A stretch of 63,595 bases of DNA, filler included, from Octopus bimaculoides (Eukaryota): NCBI RefSeq assembly GCF_001194135.2. It is 7 parts of 7 records of this genome, joined end to end, with 100 filler letters (N's around TTAATTAATTAA, not from the genome) between each part and the next. Parts side by side here need not be neighbours in the genome. Positions count along the whole stretch, not along the records: positions 1 to 13,447 come from NC_068990.1; positions 13,548 to 31,565 come from NC_068996.1; 5 more parts are not named here. One strand, written 5' to 3'. Below are positions 12,010 to 25,670 of this stretch, one piece after another. The translations under genes and the position numbers were made by a program. The notes beneath the pieces were generated by a model. That model was not told the DNA's origin. It worked only from the letters and a program-made list of their open reading frames with translations, and searched no databases. Each line of letters starts with the position of its first letter. Positions within the stretch are counted from its first letter, which is position 1.

Positions 12010-13230
12010 CAGGTTTATATTTTGCGATAAAATAGGATTTCTTTGGTAATAATTATAATCTTTGCGCTGATTATAATTTGCATTGTCCCTAAATTTATAA
12101 ATAGGTAAAATTCTAAAATTCTAAGGTTATGTTGTTCATTAGTGACGCAAATGACTATGAGTTCACGTAATGCTATTTTCCTGTATTCTCGTAGTTTAAT
12201 ATGGGATCTATGTACGGCTGTCCTCAGACGCAGACTGATTATAGTTTGACCAATGTATTGGTCTCGACACCCTGAGCAAGTTAATACATATATCAAGTTT
12301 TCCGAAGCACATGTGAAGTTGCTTTTCACTGTAAAACTTTGACCCCGTTTGAAAGAGAACTCCGATCTCTCAATTAGGTTGACACAAATACCACAGTTAG
12401 GTCTTCCGCATTTTTTATTTGTCGGTTTCGATGTTGTTGACGATTGTACTTCGGGTTGTGTTAGAATACTTTTGATCGACTTGGGATGTCTTTTGCTCTT
12501 TATGATGGTGTGCGTTAGGAAGATTTGATTAATTATATGGTCCCTTTTTAGTAAAGGAATGTTCTAGATGGTGTTGAAGCCTCAGTGTTTGGTGGTTGTG
12601 TGTGGATATGTGTCGTGGGGCTTTTAGCTGTAATTTATTTCTTAGTTTGGGATGTCTGAGTTCGTGGATGTTGAGTTGCAGGGCACGTTGAAAACATATA
12701 TCAATTAGGGATGGTGGGTAATTCCTTCTGACGAGTATATCCTTCAGCTCATGTAGCCATGTGTTCCTGGTGCTCGTATCAGATACTATAATGCTAATGC
12801 TTTTGGCCAGGTAGAAAGAAATATTCATTCTAGCGTGTCTAGAGTGACATCAGTTCAACGGTAGATATTGCTTGGAGTCAGTGGGCTTATAGCATGTGTC
12901 CGTTTCTGTATTGCTGTTGGATGTCTTAATGAAGATGTCGAGGGATGGAAGTTGTTGTTGGCTATATACCATCCTAAATTGAATGTCAAGTCCATTTAGA
13001 AGTGCTTGAAATTCTTGAAGTCTCTTTATACCTTGATACCAAAGAATAAAGTAGTCATCTAGATATCTCTTCCAGTTATTTTCCATGTAAAGGGAGAACA
13101 AGCTTCCATATCATTCTAGTACTTTACGATAAAGAGTGATTTCTAGGTGCTCCATAGCTAGGTTAGCAAAGGTATAGGCCATTCTTTTCACCAATTTAAC
13201 TAGTTTGTCTTCTGAATTAATTTCCAGCTT
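12010..13230 (-). pseudogene. Penelope-like element fragment: RT C-terminus plus GIY-YIG endonuclease
   Basis: MAYTFANLAMEHLE, WKRYLDDYFILW, YKPTDSKQYL, FTCASENLIYVLTCSGCRDQYIGQT...LRLRTAVHRSHI; several frameshifts. Confidence 0.9.
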
Positions 13231-13447
13231 TGTTTCACTCTTAGTTGAAAAAGCTGAAAAGACAGAAACCGGAACTAACCATTACAAAATGTATTTCATA
13301 ATGAAATTATTTCAGCATTTTCTACCTTGTCATATTTTGCTTATACATATCGACTGGTCCCACTTTTCAACATTATACACACACATATGTATACATACAT
13401 ATATATATATACATATACATATGGATACATATATATATATATATATA

Positions 13448-13547
13448 NNNNNNNNNNNNNNNNNNNNNNNNNNNNNNNNNNNNNNNNNNNNTTAATTAAT
13501 TAANNNNNNNNNNNNNNNNNNNNNNNNNNNNNNNNNNNNNNNNNNNN
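13448..13547. other. Artificial scaffold linker N44-TTAATTAATTAA-N44
   Basis: Exactly 100 bp; the 12-mer is a self-complementary run of stop codons. Confidence 0.95.
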
Positions 13548-13549
13548 TA

Positions 13550-16500
13550 ATAAAAGTTTGATGACCACATGTTGCCAGATGGTTACTCAGTGGTATTTGG
13601 CGGACTTCTGGGTTTTTACCCCAGCGAGCAACATTTTTAGAAGGTTAGTAACTAACTTTATTTTAAAAAATCGAAAATTAGCCTTCTTCCCAACTCTATA
13701 AACACAAACGAAAACGTGAATGATATAAGACCACCACGTGGTTTCACAGCTAGCGACATTCCAACAGATTCCATAGTGCCTGCCAGCCAAACTACATTAC
13801 TGGCTCAAATAACTGACCACTGTCCCCCTACTACGACTATGGTAAATAGCAGGCACAACCGCAACGATTGTTGTAGTAGTGGTCAGGATTATATGTCGGT
13901 GAAATGTGCCCTTACTGAAATTTTCCGAGAAAAAATAACTTTGGCTTTGAAGGAAGGTAAAAAAAACCACCAGATACAGTATTAAAAGCTGTTAACGAAA
14001 TTGGTGATGAGTATTTACAACAGTGTGATGAACCCACATACTGGCAGATTAACGCCTGTCTATATGCTCTGGCTACTACTGTAAAAACAGTAGATGAATG
14101 ATATTCAAAAAGTAAACAAAACCGAAATAACAAAGAAAGTACCATCATGGGTTTTGAAGACAGAAAAAAAGGTAACTGGTTTACAGAAGACCATCAGTGA
14201 TGTAATGATGCTTATTGTATGCAAACAAGCAAATCACTAAGGAGATAGAAGTGATGTTTGGAGACAGCAAAAAGAGGACACTCACTTGCAAACTGATTAG
14301 CCTCTAGTAGAAGCTAAAAGCTGTCGGTGAAAAACTCCGACATCAGAAGAGAATAACTGAGAGAAGAACAATAAACAAAAAATTTAACCGGAAGCAGGTA
14401 GTAAACATCACAGAAGCTCCTTCACGAGAAGACATAGACTCCTTCTGGAGGAAAATCTGGAGTGAAGAGAAGGAATTTAACCAAGATGCTCTGTGGCTGG
14501 AAGAAATCCGAAAACGTTATTGCTCCTGCGTTACATCCAAGATATACGATATTGATGGTGAAACTTTTACAACTCTAATCCAGAAACTCCAGAATAGAAA
14601 AGCACCGGGAAGAGACTTGATTGTTGGATATAAGTACAAGAAGCTTCTCTCAGTTATTCTCTTCTGATGTCGGAGTTTTCACAGACAGCTTTTAGCTTCT
14701 ACTAGAGGCTAATCAGTTTGCAAGCTCTCAATGGGAACAGTAGCATATCATACTGGTTAACTCTGGCAGAGACAATATTGATCCCCAAATGCAGAACCAC
14801 CTACATGGTAAAAAAAAAACTACCTACCGATTATATGCCTGAATTATATACAGTATGTTTAAGCCTCTTCCTCCAGGATCATTGTAAAACCAAAAACATT
14901 ATCACAGCAGAACAAGCAGCTGGGAAGAAGGGAGTCTGGGGATGAGCCAAGCAATTGCTAATCAACAAAACTGTGATGTCAGAGGTGTGAGAGCATAGGG
15001 TTGACCTAGTTTCAATGTGGCTAGATTACAAGAAAGCCTTTGACTCTGTTTCCCACTCATGGACGCTAGAAGCCCTTCAACTTGCTAAAGTTCCAGTGAG
15101 AATAGTCAAAGCCATAGCTGACCTGACTTCATCGTGGGCCACCATCTTGAAATTAAAAATAAAGAGTGACTGTATTATCACCGATAGAATACAGCATCGC
15201 AAAGGCATAATCCAAAGAGATAGCCTCTCTGTGATGTTGTTTATACTTTCTGTAAACCCCTTGTCATTCATGTTAAGGAAGTCTGATCTCACTGGTTCAC
15301 AAGGAAACAGAAATACCAAAATTACACAGTTTCTTTGTGGATGACTTAAAATTTTATGTAAAGAATATGCATGAGATGAAAGAGAGTCATGGCCTAGTTA
15401 CAACGTTCTCAAAGGATGTAGGGTTGGAGTTTGGTCAGGATAAATGTTATATGGATGTGAAAAGGGGGAAAACTATAAACCAGACTAGTAACATCTCCGT
15501 CAATGATTTGGCTGTTTCCCCTGTATTTGACGAGGTATGTTACAGGTGTCTAACGGTGGATGAAAATATATATTACAATGATACCTGTAACAAAACACGT
15601 CACTAAAGAATATTACAGCCGAATAAAGAAAATTTGGACCTCAGAACTCTCTGCATTCAATAAAACAGTGGCCCACAATGTGTTTGCAATGTCAGTACTC
15701 ATACCAACATTTGGGCTGCTTGATTGGACGCTTGATGAGATCCGAGCCATTGATGTGAAAACACGTAAAATACTAACAAGCACACATAATTTCTACATCA
15801 ATAGTGACTGCCTCTACGTAAAACGTAAACAAGGCGGCAGAGGTTTAACATCGATCCCAAATGCCTTTGAATGTCGCATTACATCCCTTCGGCAACATCT
15901 TTTAACCACCAAGCGTCGAAGTGCATCCCTTGACCAAGTTTGCATACTTGAGGCTGATAACATCATAAGACTTTGAAGGCAGCTCCTTGAGCAACACTCT
16001 TTGTCTGATAACATGCCCAAAGAAGTCACACGCAACGTATCATCAGATGAAAGGATGAACCTATATGAGCAGAAGACTATGTATGGATATATTAGTAGAA
16101 AGCTGCGTGATGATAGTAACATCGATCATCAAAGCAGTTTATCATGGACGAATAGCCAGATTACGAACTCCCACTTTGAAGGGTATGCGCTTGCAATCCA
16201 GGAATAAGAAATATCAACCAAGTGCCTGATGCGGGAAAAGCCGTAAAATGTGACAACCGATGCAGACTTTGTGGAATCCACACTGATGATATCACCCACA
16301 TTATAAGCAGTTGTCCGAAAATATCATCACAGTATTATCTACCGATGAGACATGACGTTGTAGCTACGACATTCTATAGTGAAATCCGTCGGAAGGATAA
16401 TTCCGAGGACAAAAAAATATAAACCCACAATATGCCACTCATAATAAAAAGGAATACTGGTGGAATGTACCAGTGAAGACCTCAATAAAATGTAAGCACA

Positions 16501-16975
16501 ACAGACCTAATATAATGATTTGGGATAAAGAAGAGAAACTGTGCACAGTTGTGGAAATTAGCTGCCCAGCAGTTGTTAACATAAAGCTGTAGATCAGTGA
16601 AAAAGACAACACCTATGCTGAACTATTGAGAAATCTGAAGTTACTCTATCCAGAGTACAAGTTCAGGTTTATATCTGTAATTATTGGATATACCTGTAAT
16701 TATTGAATATGTAATACACTGCATAAATACCAATCTTGATAAATTAGGCTTTTCAAAACCAGAAAGGAGAAAGCTGATGCGAAGACTACAGATCCAATCC
16801 ATCAGTGGAATTGTAAAAATCTGTAAAACTTTCTAGAAGTTTATCATTTAAATACATATGATCATGTCTAGATATGCAACTACACGCATGAGAATACATA
16901 CATAAAACATACAAATACATACATACATACATACATACATACATACATACATACATACATACATACATACATACA
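13550..16975 (+). mobile_element. R4/Dong-clade non-LTR retrotransposon (RT + zinc finger + restriction-like endonuclease), degenerate, ending in (TACA)n
   Basis: FWRKIWSEEKEFN, KAPGRDLI, WLDYKKAFDSVSHSW, QRDSLSVMLF, MDDLKFY, RKQGGRGL, CRLCG...ITHIISSCP...MRHDVVA, HNRPN(D)IMIWDKEEKLCTVVEISCP. Confidence 0.9.
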
Positions 16976-17104
16976 AAAGTATCCTGTTGTTGATGTTGAA
17001 ATTCCAATGAAGGAACCTTGGATCTAGGTTAGAAACCGGTTCTTTCTCTATTGGCAAGAAATCTTGAAATAAAACTGAACAAAGACATACATACATAACT
17101 ACAT

Positions 17105-17200
17105 ACATGTGTGTGTTGTTGTTGTTTATTCTCAGGTCAGCGTTGATCAAGTAGATCCACGATCTAAAATATTACGACTGTTTTTTTAACTACACAATTT
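17105..17200 (+). repeat. Single degenerate copy of the about 130-bp unit that forms the arrays at 35770 and 44590
   Basis: TTGTTGTTGTTTATTCTCAGGTCAGCGTTGATCAAGTAGATCCACGATC resembles GTTGTTTAGCCCCAGGTCAGTCCTGATCCAGCAGACCTATGATC. Confidence 0.55.
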
Positions 17201-17258
17201 GCCCATACTGTTTTTTTTTAATACACAATATCCAAGGAAAAAACTTTTATTTTGGATA

Positions 17259-20200
17259 CTAGCCTAAGTACCCAGCGTTGCTCGGAGTTTTAAAAAATGT
17301 TAAAAGAAATAAGTATATTTATTCTGATAAAAAATATATTTTCAGAAAAATTCTGTCAGATGACTAAGTTACTAAGACAAATCCTGAAATGAATCACCAT
17401 TTAATTTCGTAGAACTTCTAAATATATAATGTTTTCAATGTGTCCTTTAATTGGGGTACACATAAAAAGAGTTTGGGGACTTCCAACTCGCGAACATCCT
17501 ACATATAATTGCCCATGCGAGAAGCAAAGTTAAGTCCAACAACCTTGAGAGATTTTCCTTGAAATTTGTTTATCGACAGAGCAGAACTTAGTTTCACTGG
17601 GAACTGGAGCTGTTTAAATTCAAAGGGGAGGTCAGTTGGGATTAACGGGATCCATGGAATGAATACATCCTCACCCTTATATTTCCCAGTGATAATTTCT
17701 GCCTCTGGGACATTAGGTTGCATGCTTTCACCACCATTGCACAGGTGAGGTGGATCCAGATTCCTGAGCAGCATGATTGGGCACCCTTTTTAAGTGTTAA
17801 GTTATGAGGTGGCATACCAGGTGGTTGTTAAGAGCTCAAGAACTCAGTTGGAAAACTACAACTTGGTCCTAATCAATGACAGTGTCGATGGATTTGAAAG
17901 ACAGTTCATGCCCTAGCAACAGCTGCAAGAGAGCCCAATAAATTTTGCCGACAGCATCATCACGTGGAGCTAAGGTGGCTCGCACACATAGCCATTGGCT
18001 GTTGTTGAAATTTTGTGCAATGTTTGGAAACACATGCACTTTGAGATCATTGACAGTTGGTACCATCTCACCTCAGGATAGCTTGTGTTGCAGCATTTGG
18101 TGGACATAAAGTAGTTTCCCATTCCGTGTTCAAAAGCTGGCGTAAAAACAGCCCGACAGTTTCATCACCAAATAACTGGGCCCTCATGTTAACTATCAGG
18201 TGCAGTTTGGTCACTCGCCTCCACAGATAGGATTGCTTAAGACAATCTGCCTTTGTACCTTTTTGGATCACAGGAAGGGTTTGTCTGAAATCCCCAGTCA
18301 AAACTACAGTGACATCACCCATGAGAACGTCCTTTCCTCTCAAATCTCTTAGGTTACGGTCAACAGCTTCAAGTGCTCCATGGTGAGACATGGTGCATTC
18401 ATCCCAGACGCTTAAGCACGTCTGCTGCAAGACCTATGCTTTTGCTGATGTCTTAGAGATGTTGCAAATTAGAGTCCCTATCCTAACTAAATTCAAAGGA
18501 AGCTTGAAAGTAGAATGAGCTATTCGACCATCTGTCAAGAGAGTTGCTGCGAATACAGAAGATACTACCGCCAATGCAATGCACCCATCTAGACGGACTT
18601 TAGCTAACAAAATGTTGATCAAAAACGTCTTGCCAGTGCCCGCAGGAGCATCCAAAAAGAACAGGCCACTCTTTTGCTCTTGAGTCATTTGAATGATGCA
18701 ATTGTAAGTTGTCCGTTGTTCAGTCAAAAGCTTTAGCTCATTCTCTGTCACATACTCATTCAGATCGTTGATGTTATAGGATGTCTCCCTTAAAATTTCC
18801 TGGTCTGTTCTTTGCTGTTTTCTTATTGGATCTAGCAAGCCATACTCCTGCAAAGGTTTTCACCCAAGCTGAAGGACCTTGTCTTCAAGAAGTAGAGCTT
18901 CATTCTTGATGTTCTCAGTCAACTGGATTTCGAGACCTTGATTTTGTTATCCGTGAACAATGTCTTCGCAGAAGGATTCCTGGTGCTTCTCCCACAGCTG
19001 GTGAGGGCTAGAGATGTCGCAAGCTTGAAGCATAATGGTGAAGAGAATTAGCAACTGAAATACAGAACATGAAACAACTGTCTCATCCAGAGTCGCATTC
19101 CAGTGACTGTCATCGTCAAGGAGGCCATGGAAATGGCAAGTCTGTCTGTAAGAGTCACAGACATGGTCATTAAAAGTCTTCAGATCTAGGAACTTTTTGG
19201 ACCACGGACTATGTGCAAAAGGAGCCTCAAGAAATAACACTCAAAGTTGTTGGGATGCACAGTGTAGACCCTTCCCAATGCTGAATCTTTTTTGATTCCT
19301 GGATGCCCTTCAACAATCTGACCAATGGCACGTCTCTTTCATTGTTTAGTGGTCTGTTGCCATGTGTAATATTGAAGGACCTTTTGGTACAAAAGAGTGG
19401 AAGTAAATGGATCAGTGCTACAAAGCTCAAAAAAAGTAGTCAATGTTGTTGGACCTGGAGCTTCAATTTGCTGCTGGAGACGTCGTGGATTGTCTGTATT
19501 AACAGTCGGATGCCGTTCATGCAACGGAAAGTTAAACAGTCTCCAGGCTGTTTCATTGCTGCTAAAGTAGCGCGCCATCTGGTAGCATGTCACGTCATCA
19601 TTCTTGTTTACCTCCTGAAGGCCAAAAACAGCTATGTCTGACCCCTTGTTCACATACTTACATACATACTTGACGGATTTCATAGTATTACAAAACTCAA
19701 CATTGATGTGTGCTTTGAAAATCTTTGACAGAAAGGGACAGTACAGCACAATCCACCTATTGTCGATTTCAATTTCTCGGATTGCACTTGCGTTGATAGT
19801 GACTTTACGCCCTCCTTGGCCTGGCTTGCGACGCCTGTATCTCAGGTACCCATCGTGACCAGTCTCTGTCCCGGCAACGAATTGCTTAGGCTAGCCTTTA
19901 CTGCACTTTCCATCAACCATGCAAGAAGAGTTCCTGTTGAGAGGGTCGCATGGACCATGCACCATCTGAGTTTTGATGACTTCAAAGTGTTTGGGATCTT
20001 CTGTTGCGTAAGGAAGCTTGGCACTAATGATAGAATCAATTTGATTTGGATAAATTTTGTCATTAAGCCAGATTAGCATGTAGGCATGTAGGTCTCGTTT
20101 CTGCCATTCAACTGTGTACATGTGGAAAATAGTTTTGCCAAAGATGTGATGTTCGGTAATGAGTGCTACCATCTTCAACAGCTTTTGACGAAGCACACGT

Positions 20201-21800
20201 GCCAAATGGTCGTGCCTATGGTGAGAACGTTGTCCTGGTAGAAGCTGGGCCTTGATTTCATTCTACTGAGGGTTGCAAATGAAGGTCAGAATGAGATCAG
20301 GCCGCCCATATGTCCTGATATATGTCATTGCATCCTGCGTTCTCTCGTGCATATACCGAGAGCCTCCTGTGAATGTAGATGGCAGAATGACCAACTGTTC
20401 CATGTTGCTGACATCACAGTCAGCTGTAATCACATAGATGAACATATGACTGCACGTAGCTTTTTCTGGTTTCGTCGAATGAAGAGAAAGCGCTCGATCT
20501 CAACCTTTTCTTCCACATCAACCAGGAATTGATGGAAGAGGTCACGGCACTGCAGAAGATGGCTTGGATTAGCAGGGCAGGTCATCAGCATATAAGCGTA
20601 GAACACATTGGTTGAGACCTTGTTAGTGAGCAGTTTTGTGGTGGGATCGACTTGTGAAATGTAAAAATGATATTCGTCTTGCCCTTGCCAGAAGATTAGT
20701 GGGTATTGCTAGAATCTCGCTGGTGAATGATGATGTCTTGACGATCGTGTTGTTCACCGACTAGGAGAATGGCCACTTCTTTCGCAGCTGGTGCATTGCA
20801 TTGAAACGACATTCGTGCTCACCTACTGGTCTCTTATCTGACCTGATGACTACGTGAAAGTCACCATTTGGACGTGGCTGTTCCATTGCTGTCTTAAAGC
20901 TTCTAACCAGATCATTGTGGGTGTAGAGAATTTCTTGCAAAGTTATCACAATGTTCTTGTCAAGATTTCGAAAGTTTTGACATCTGTCATATAGCCGCTG
21001 TGAATCCCCCATAAAGTAAATCTGAAAGAACTTGGCAGGCTCATTAGGCTGGAGCATGAGAAACTTGTCCTTGCTCGTTAAAATTAGGCATAAATGCAGG
21101 TTCCACAGCTTCCTTACCTGCTCCAAATGAGGTCGTTTGAAAGGCTGAGTTGTACTGTTAGATGTTGTTTAGAAATCCTTTTGAATTGGGTACATTACCT
21201 TCAAATAGATCCTTGAGAGGGTGTGAAGGAGGTTGTAGCAAGGGCAGCCTCATTTTGCCAGTGGAACAGTACATATCAGAAGTCTCAGCAGGAAATTTCC
21301 TCGCACTACAGTGGGGACACAAACAGATAGTTCCCAAACCCATACTACTGAATCATTGTTGTAACTTTTTGACGGATGATAAGAGAAAGCAGCACGTGGC
21401 TGAGAAAAACTGGAAGATTGTGTTGTCTTTGGCTAGCCTCTCAGCACGATGATCTGCAGACTCTATTAGCCGAGCAGTTGCCATCTTTTCTTGGTTTTGT
21501 GCCAGCCTCTCATCACGATGCTCTGAGGATTCCATATGCCAAACAGTTACCATCTTTGCTTGGTTTTGGGCTAGCTTCTCAGTACAATGCTCTGAGGATT
21601 CCATTTGCTGAGCAGCTGCCATCCTTGCTTGGTTTTGTGACACCCTCTGATTTCGTTCTTTCTCTAACTCATTAAGGCATGCACCTGCCTTGCGCTTTGC
21701 ACCAGATGTCTTCTGTGACAGCCCAGCACCTTTCTTGGATAGCATTCTTGAAATGGAAAATATGATGTTACAACTACTATAGGATATACCGACCTTACTA
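17259..21800 (-). mobile_element. Helitron with pseudogenised RepHel and intact 3' terminus
   Basis: N-terminal ERLAQNQ repeats; Rep YTVEWQKRDLHAYMLIW, VKYVCKYVNKGSD; PIF1 helicase FLDAPAGTGKT, VWDECTM, LTGDFRQTLPV, LLRNLDPP.LCNG, QFPVKLS.ALSINKFQGKSL; 3' end CCGAGCAACGCTGGG hairpin followed by CTAG|T at 17259. Confidence 0.92.
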
Positions 21801-21867
21801 AATTTTATTTGTTGTGCTACAGCTCCTCTCGCTTACATAAGTCGAATTGTTCCAAGAATATCCAAAA

Positions 21868-22060
21868 TCTATACTAATAACATTCTCGGCCCTATGTATG
21901 TGTGCGTGCGCGCACGCGTATGTCTCCCTCTGCTGACCAAATTAATAGACCAAATTGAACCAATATAGATTGTAGGCGAAGTAATGTCCCGAGAAGTGTT
22001 CTTAGCATAGTCCGGTTACTATCAGACTTCTGACTGGTGAGATACAATTTGTTGATTAAT
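21868..22060 (+). mobile_element. Probable Helitron 5' terminus (opposite orientation)
   Basis: A|TCTATACTAATAA followed by a TG-rich segment and GACCAAATTGAACCAA; no matching 3' end found. Confidence 0.45.
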
Positions 22061-22838
22061 TAAATATCAGGAATATTTTCTTCATGTATATTACTCTACC
22101 AGTAACAAGCGAGTCAAATGTGGATTAAAATGTGTAGATTTAGATGGAAAAATGGAGAGTGCTGACTCGGCCTGGTGTGTGCAGCGTTAGCCTGGCTTGT
22201 GTAGGGTGCATGACATCGCTACTAACCCAATGTCTAGTATGTACATGTACAACCTTTAGACCTTTATGGAGGGTGAGTAGTAGGAGGGTTAAGGGGGATG
22301 CTCGGGAGAAGGAGAGGGGTTGGAAGGGTAGGAGAGAGGTTTCTCAACCCCCTTCTCCTTTACCCGGTGGTATAATTGAGAAGGGTGTTGGGAAGAGTAT
22401 AGAAGGGCCGCACCCTTAAATACTCACATCAGATTTAAATGTGAAATATCAAGTGTTAATAAGGCGATTGTTCCAAAAATATCCTAAATATGAATTGGAA
22501 GTTTATCAAGATATAATATTTTCTAATACCTATCCAAGTAGAAAAAGTCACATCGGATTTAAATATGAAATATCAAGTGTACTCTAGCTAATTTTGTTAG
22601 GTCCATTCCACGAACAATTATTTGAATAACTCATATCTTTAACTTATGTCACAGGAATACTGAACTTTAAAAGTTATAAAGTTTATCGCATAAATTGAAA
22701 GATATCCTACAATGTAATTGCCTAAAGAACCGAATGAATGAATGGCCACCTTTCGTTATTTAGAGAACTTACTGTTTCTTTTTCATCTGAAAGTTACATA
22801 AGTTTTACATTATAGTAATTCCAGTTCTTCGTGGAGGT

Positions 22839-22881
22839 CCCCTGCGATCGCAGGGGTTGCAGGGGCATAGTGACGGCCCTG
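22839..22881 (-). mobile_element. Possible hAT-type MITE terminus with 18-bp palindrome
   Basis: Minus strand begins CAGGGCCGTC; perfect palindrome CCCCTGCGATCGCAGGGG at 22839-22856; partner end not located. Confidence 0.35.
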
Positions 22882-23699
22882 CTGTAAGCGAATTTAGAGT
22901 TTAGGGTTTGTATTTAGTGAGTATGGTGTTATTCTAAATATTTACTGAATTTTTATCCAGTCACAATTATGTTTATCAGCAGCCAACTTTTTGTGAAAGT
23001 GTTGGTGTGAATGCGCGCGCGACAGAACCGTACACAGAAATTTTGTTACAGAAAAGTACTTCTTACATACCTTGCTGTCAATTCATTGGATTAATCCCAA
23101 CAAAATACTACAAGTTTAGTCACTGGCTCAGCACCTATGTTTGTGTTCTTTATTCCAAAATAATACAAACTTTAACATACTTCCAAAATGGGACTTCGTC
23201 CATGTGTATCCGCGAGCGTATATGTGCAGGTGTCGGAAGGGGATAGTCACAAGGAAAACATTTACGGAAATGTACTCATAAAAATTCTATTAAGATAAGT
23301 TATTTTTATATGCCATGTTTGCAATTCTCCATAGAGGTGATAGCAAAGTGTGTATCAAATAAAATTAAAATCCTGGTTCAGTGACAGATCGATCAAGTTA
23401 GTAAAATTTTAACGTTTTTGGTAACAAAATATTCTCTCTTCTAAATAAATATTGAAAAGGAGAGAAAACGCCACCTTCTCTTTTGCAAGAGAAATTCATT
23501 TTGGCGGTAAGGACTAAACCCCTTGTTTAATTATCACAATTAAAAAGCGTTCCTCTTTACTTTAAAAAAAAAAGAAAGATAGAGTTGTAGACGTATGATG
23601 GAGAATTATTCAATATCGTGTTTGCTTTTATCAGAATCGTTTATCTTTAAAGCGAAAAAACAAAACCGGCGTATACGACAGGCATGTAAAACAATTTCT

Positions 23700-24204
23700 G
23701 TTTACTTTCTCTGTCCATTCGCATAAGCTGTAGAAATTGTTGCGCACGCGCACATACAAACACAGAAATTTTCCAGATATTTAGCTGTTATTTTTAGTAG
23801 TTCATTTTCAGTTTTAGACAACGAGATGGTGTGGCGAGGGATGTGTGGATCAATTTTGGAGTCCTTCATAGAAAATTTGAAATTAAAATTTTTTTCCATA
23901 TTCTTAATCTACGTAAAAATTTAAAATTGGAGGAGACGGGAATTTAAAATTTTGAAAACATGGTTTTTTTTAATATTCGGAATCTCCGTCATCGAAAACA
24001 GGAATCCGCTGAAAAAAATCGGAACGTCGTAACGTCGTATAGTGGTGGGGAAAGGGCTACAGCCCTCTATATGGGAAAGGGCCAAAATTTGATCCCCTAG
24101 AACCTCCCCCGAATAATGAAAAATCTTCTTGCCAAATTTGGAACAGATTAATCCAGCGTTTTGATTGTGCATAGAGGCCACACACACAATTTTATATATA
24201 GAGA
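23700..24204 (-). mobile_element. Helitron 5' terminus
   Basis: Minus strand A|TCTCTATATATAAAATTGTGTGTGTG...TTCCAAATTTGGC, a typical Helitron 5' end. Confidence 0.6.
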
Positions 24205-25621
24205 TTGTATATTTTGACCTACGGCATCTAACGTATATTTCTTAATTTAAGATAGTAGGGAAAGATTTGAGAGAAAGTTAGTATTCATTGCTTGACCATG
24301 GAGCTTAAAAATGAATTATTAAAAACAAATAATTATTTATCTGTGGTATACGTATTTATAAATGTGAAATTTTTCCACTTATTAATATAAAAGATCTATG
24401 ATACAGTTGCTTCAAAAACAAGCAACTAGGGCCACACCAGTGCCACACACAGTAGGTATAGTATAAATATTATCAGTGTTTAATATAGAACTTGGGTGTT
24501 AAAGATTGTTATATTGCAAGAATATTGCAGGTGATCAGAGATCAATAGGACGATGGTCCTCAAGTTGAACTGTACATTAATTTTTCGGACAAGATTTTTG
24601 AAGAAATATAGAAAGAGTAAATGAGAGATAAATATCCAACGGATTGACTCCTTTTCGGATGAAACTATTTAAATGATTTGTTGCAATTAACCATCTCGTC
24701 AATAAGTAATCCTGTCGAAAATCCGTGGCCTTCAATCGAGCTATCAAAACCTTTCACAATAGGGAAGAGGGGATATGAGATTATGTAGCAGCTGATAGGG
24801 CAACCACTTGAGGCGGTACTCGTGGATTTAGAGCTTTGTTTCTTCTACTTTCTGATCTTGGCAAATAAATCTTTTTCACTCGTACCCTTTGTGGATAATT
24901 GGCACTACGTAGTAAGAAGCATTATGCCAAGAGACTGTTCTCCTCACATTGGAAGCTTGGTTTGAATACAAAAATTTCTTATAAATATGTCCAATGGCTT
25001 GTTAGAAGTATTAATCTGAACGGCACGTTAGGCTTATATCATCAACATAAGCAACATAGATATTTCATCTTAATAATTAAAACTTTTCTATTCATGAAAT
25101 CTAGTTAATACATCTTACTGAAATAACGCTATTGTTGCTAGATTATAGGAAAAAATACAAGTTCAACGAATATTTATTTACACCCAATTTGAAAGTTTAC
25201 GTATGTTTGTCCACATAAGGCATGCACCTCCGTGTATGTATTTGAGGTGTGACAAATAGATAAAAACTTTCCATTTATTTTATTATCAAAATGAGGTAAT
25301 ATATCACATTAAATATTCAATTGCTAGAACCAACAATGTTTTTAGGTGTTCAGATTTAGAATATATTGTTCATATAAAAAAAAGCTACCATATATAAGTC
25401 CGTTTTAACTCTACCCATAAAAGAATCCTTTCCGGATTTATTTCGACCAATTTCGTGGGAAACAGGAAATCTCTTTTTAAAATATTGGTGAATTAAGTTT
25501 AGCAGCTAACAACAGGAATTGAAACGACGCGCATATTCGGTTTCACTGACAAATATTAGGTTTGCATTCTCTGCCATGATTAGTTACATATCAATAATTT
25601 TAAATATGATTGTTATTGTTG

Positions 25622-25670
<49 letters not shown>

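Noticed and set aside
13150-13253. Apparent host exon fused in frame to the PLE RT (acceptor at 13253)
   Set aside because: The upstream part reads FRRQTS*IGEK in another frame, matching the RT motif Y.Q..G.AMG, so it is probably frameshifted PLE sequence rather than exonisation
20846-20870. CTGATGA...GAAAG inside the Helitron
   Set aside because: No stem II or stem III pairing; antisense to RepHel coding sequence
22140-22420. GC-rich block as a solo LTR
   Set aside because: No convincing TG...CA ends with a target-site duplication
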